Positions 61,647 through 64,000 of a DNA stretch of 64,000 nucleotides are shown piece by piece. The stretch covers positions 6,447-70,446 of the forward strand of contig JAUCBJ010007699.1 of the NCBI GenBank assembly GCA_032718475.1. Reading direction: 5' to 3'. Positions within the stretch are counted from its first letter, which is position 1. Each line of letters opens with the position of its first letter. The notes below the pieces were generated by a model. That model saw nothing but the letters and a program-made list of their open reading frames with translations. It was not told the DNA's origin and did no database searches. A program made the translations under genes and the position numbers. Source of the stretch: Nemertoderma westbladi. Taxonomy: Eukaryota > Animalia > Xenacoelomorpha.

Positions 61647-63926
61647 CTGATATACACACAACCAATAAAAATGGTGTGGCGCACAAATTTAAACCTAGAT
61701 TAGTAACCTTGATATAACAATATCGTCCAACAACGGACAAAAAATAATAAGAAATTTACATTATTGCCCGCAATTTATTACTTTGAATAATATTTTGGAT
61801 TTTGAGCCTAATTAAATTCAATTGGAGGATTTTTTTGTATTTTTAGGGGGTTTTACAGTTGTCTCAATTAATAATATATTAATAATTAATAATTTATTCA
61901 AGATTAGTTCTCAATTAATAGTCCGGCAGCCACGTACCTTTTTTTGGCCTAACCGAAAATTTTTGGACGGATTAAATTTTGTGGATGTTTTGGTGTCTAG
62001 GGGTCCCTCTTAACATAAAAAAGTGATGTATGGACTTTGACTCCTTGGGTAATTTGAATTAATGACCCGTTTCTATGGACTACAGTAATTTATATGAAAG
62101 CTTAGCGATCAGAATGGCGATTAACTGTTGGGCTTGAACTGGTTGTAATTTTGATCGAAAATATGAAAATTTTAATGAAACTATTGAGATGTTGCTATGG
62201 TAACGAAGGCACTACAGCTATCGCTCGATCTTTCCAAATGAAAAACTACTGTGCCTACTGACACTCATGTGTTTTTTGTTTCGTCTGTGCACTTTATTAA
62301 TAATATGTTTCCCTAATTAATATGCACCACATCATTTTTGTGTAGAAGTATGGTTAGCAACAAATACCCGTATTCATGGAAATCACAGTAATTTATTGCG
62401 GACATCACATCTGAAGCATTTAAAAAATTGACAGAAATTTATCACCTTAAAATGTATATATAAATAAATTGTCTCTTGCTTGGTGGGATAAATATTTCTC
62501 CATTTGACGCAACACCGCCGCGGCCGCTATGAGGGAGGTGAATACCGCGGCCGCTCCTAAAGCCGCAGGCCATCGCTAACTATATAGGTTAACTTGGGAT
62601 TCTGGGGGACTTTTCGATGAAGGAACAGACCAATTTTTTTATTTTCGCACCAGGGGAGCGACTCGGAATTCTAAGATATTAGCCACTCTAACATTAGCAA
62701 ATCTATCCCCTCGACGGACACGGCGGACAAAAAACCGTCATTTTTTTGACAATTTTAAAAATTTTTTGAAAGGCGCTCTACAGTGGCTCGAAAAAACCCT
62801 AGGTTATTGCTTAACCGACGCCGGGATACGATAGAAGGGATTAATTAGTGAATTCGTTTTTTTTTTCAAAAAAGATTACCACGCCTTTTTCCCGAAATTG
62901 TCCGTCAAAGTTGAAAAAACGGACAAAATGGCTTTGCGGGATCCGCTCTGACTCGGCTAATATTAATCGTACGGGGACGAAAGTAACGCGGCTGGAAAGG
63001 GGAAGAGTGGTACTACCTTCGTATCGAATGGGGGTAAGATATTTATTAATATTTCGGGTGGAAAAAGGGGCCGTAACTTTGTCCGTTTTTTCCATCTTTT
63101 TTACATAATTATTATTTCCAAAATTTTTAATTCGACAACGCTAGTAGGAATCTGCCAATTCTTTTTCGGAAAGCGTAGAAGACCACAGTGGCTACATTCC
63201 TATCGAATGGGGGTACAAAAAATATGTAGGCAAAGGGGTCCAAAAAGGGCCAGAAAATAATAAAAAGTTTATAACTAACAACTTTTTTATTTTTGACTCT
63301 AGAAGGTTAAAGTACATTTTATACGGTTAATATCGATACGGGGAATCCAAATATTCGATTGGTTTTGCCGCGCAAATGATATTAAAAAAATGAGGGCCCA
63401 AATTAAAATTTCACGCTTCAAACTCGCTTCGCGGGAACTCGTCTAGCTCGAAAAATACATAAGGTCTGGGAGACTTATTTAAACAGTCTTATAGAGCGTC
63501 AAATTATCTATCTTTCAACGGTAGTTACAGCGCCATAGCTATTATATAACTGGAGCGGCAGACGATCGTGTGAAATATACTACTTATAAAAAAGGGACGA
63601 AAAACATTTTTTTTAATAAATCGCCATTACATTATAATTTAACTTTTTGCGACAAAAGTTCCTGTAAAATGTAGCAAATTAACTCCACTATCTTTTTTCT
63701 TAACATTTATAATTAAAATAACGAGTTTTAAGGGTCGAAAAATATCGTGTAATTTTGGCCCTTTTTTTTCATTTTTTTTTGGGGCCAAAAATACCCTATC
63801 TCAAAATATAGAAAAAAAAATTACGGCAAAGAATATACCAATTTTATTGAATTTGGAGCACCAGAACCGAAGTTAGAGCGAATTTAGTCAAAAATTAAAA
63901 ATATTTTTTTTGCAAAAAATTAAGAA

Positions 63927-64000
63927 TGGTCAATATTGGGTTTCGAACCCACGAACTTAGGTATCGTTAACGTGATTGATAACCACTAGACTACGTGACC
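63927..64000 (-). pseudogene. tRNA-like sequence (Val-AAC-like pseudogene or SINE head)
   Basis: GGTCACG-TAGTCTAGTGGTTA...TTAACGA...GGGTTCGAAACCC...TGACCA. The acceptor ends pair but the anticodon stem does not. Confidence 0.45.

Noticed and set aside
61780-63920. AT-rich region resembling a non-autonomous DNA transposon interior
   Set aside because: No terminal inverted repeats, TSD or transposase ORF could be delimited within the window.
60625-64000. Functional tRNA genes at 60625-60702 and 63927-64000 (also 9649, 20050, 47415)
   Set aside because: A and B boxes are present but acceptor or anticodon stems do not pair, so they are treated as SINE heads or pseudogenes.

Overview
Eukaryotic (animal-like, AT-rich) genomic DNA. 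The window lies almost entirely inside one minus-strand, intron-rich gene for a tubulin monoglycylase of the TTLL3/TTLL8 family. Five core exons are clear (4526-4644, 13631-14316, 19636-19809, 21716-21922, 23387-23546/54). Four or five phase-compatible upstream exons may extend the gene to about 53.4 kb or 61.6 kb. The introns are filled with retroelements: CR1- and L2/Crack-type, RTE, CRE and an unusual 'L(M/V)DD' LINE family, solo LTRs, tRNA-derived SINEs, a BEL/Pao integrase remnant, and a young 12.1-kb BEL/Pao LTR element (26675-38779, GATAT target-site duplication) nested in an RTE LINE. There are also four large minisatellite arrays. The most interesting signals are: (1) the BEL/Pao element has no tRNA-type primer-binding site, and the 12 nt right after its 5' LTR are the exact reverse complement of a sequence inside its own LTR, suggesting Tf1-like self-priming; (2) the same element lacks RT/RNase H/integrase, keeps gag-protease, and carries a dense cluster of perfect, mostly phase-0 splice donors; (3) a tRNA-like Pol III repeat carries a minimal hammerhead ribozyme between its A and B boxes (retrozyme-like, tandem plus inverted copies); (4) three minisatellites are in-situ amplifications of adjacent sequence, one of them a host exon end plus its splice donor. 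All calls were made by eye with no database searches, so clade names and some boundaries are approximate.
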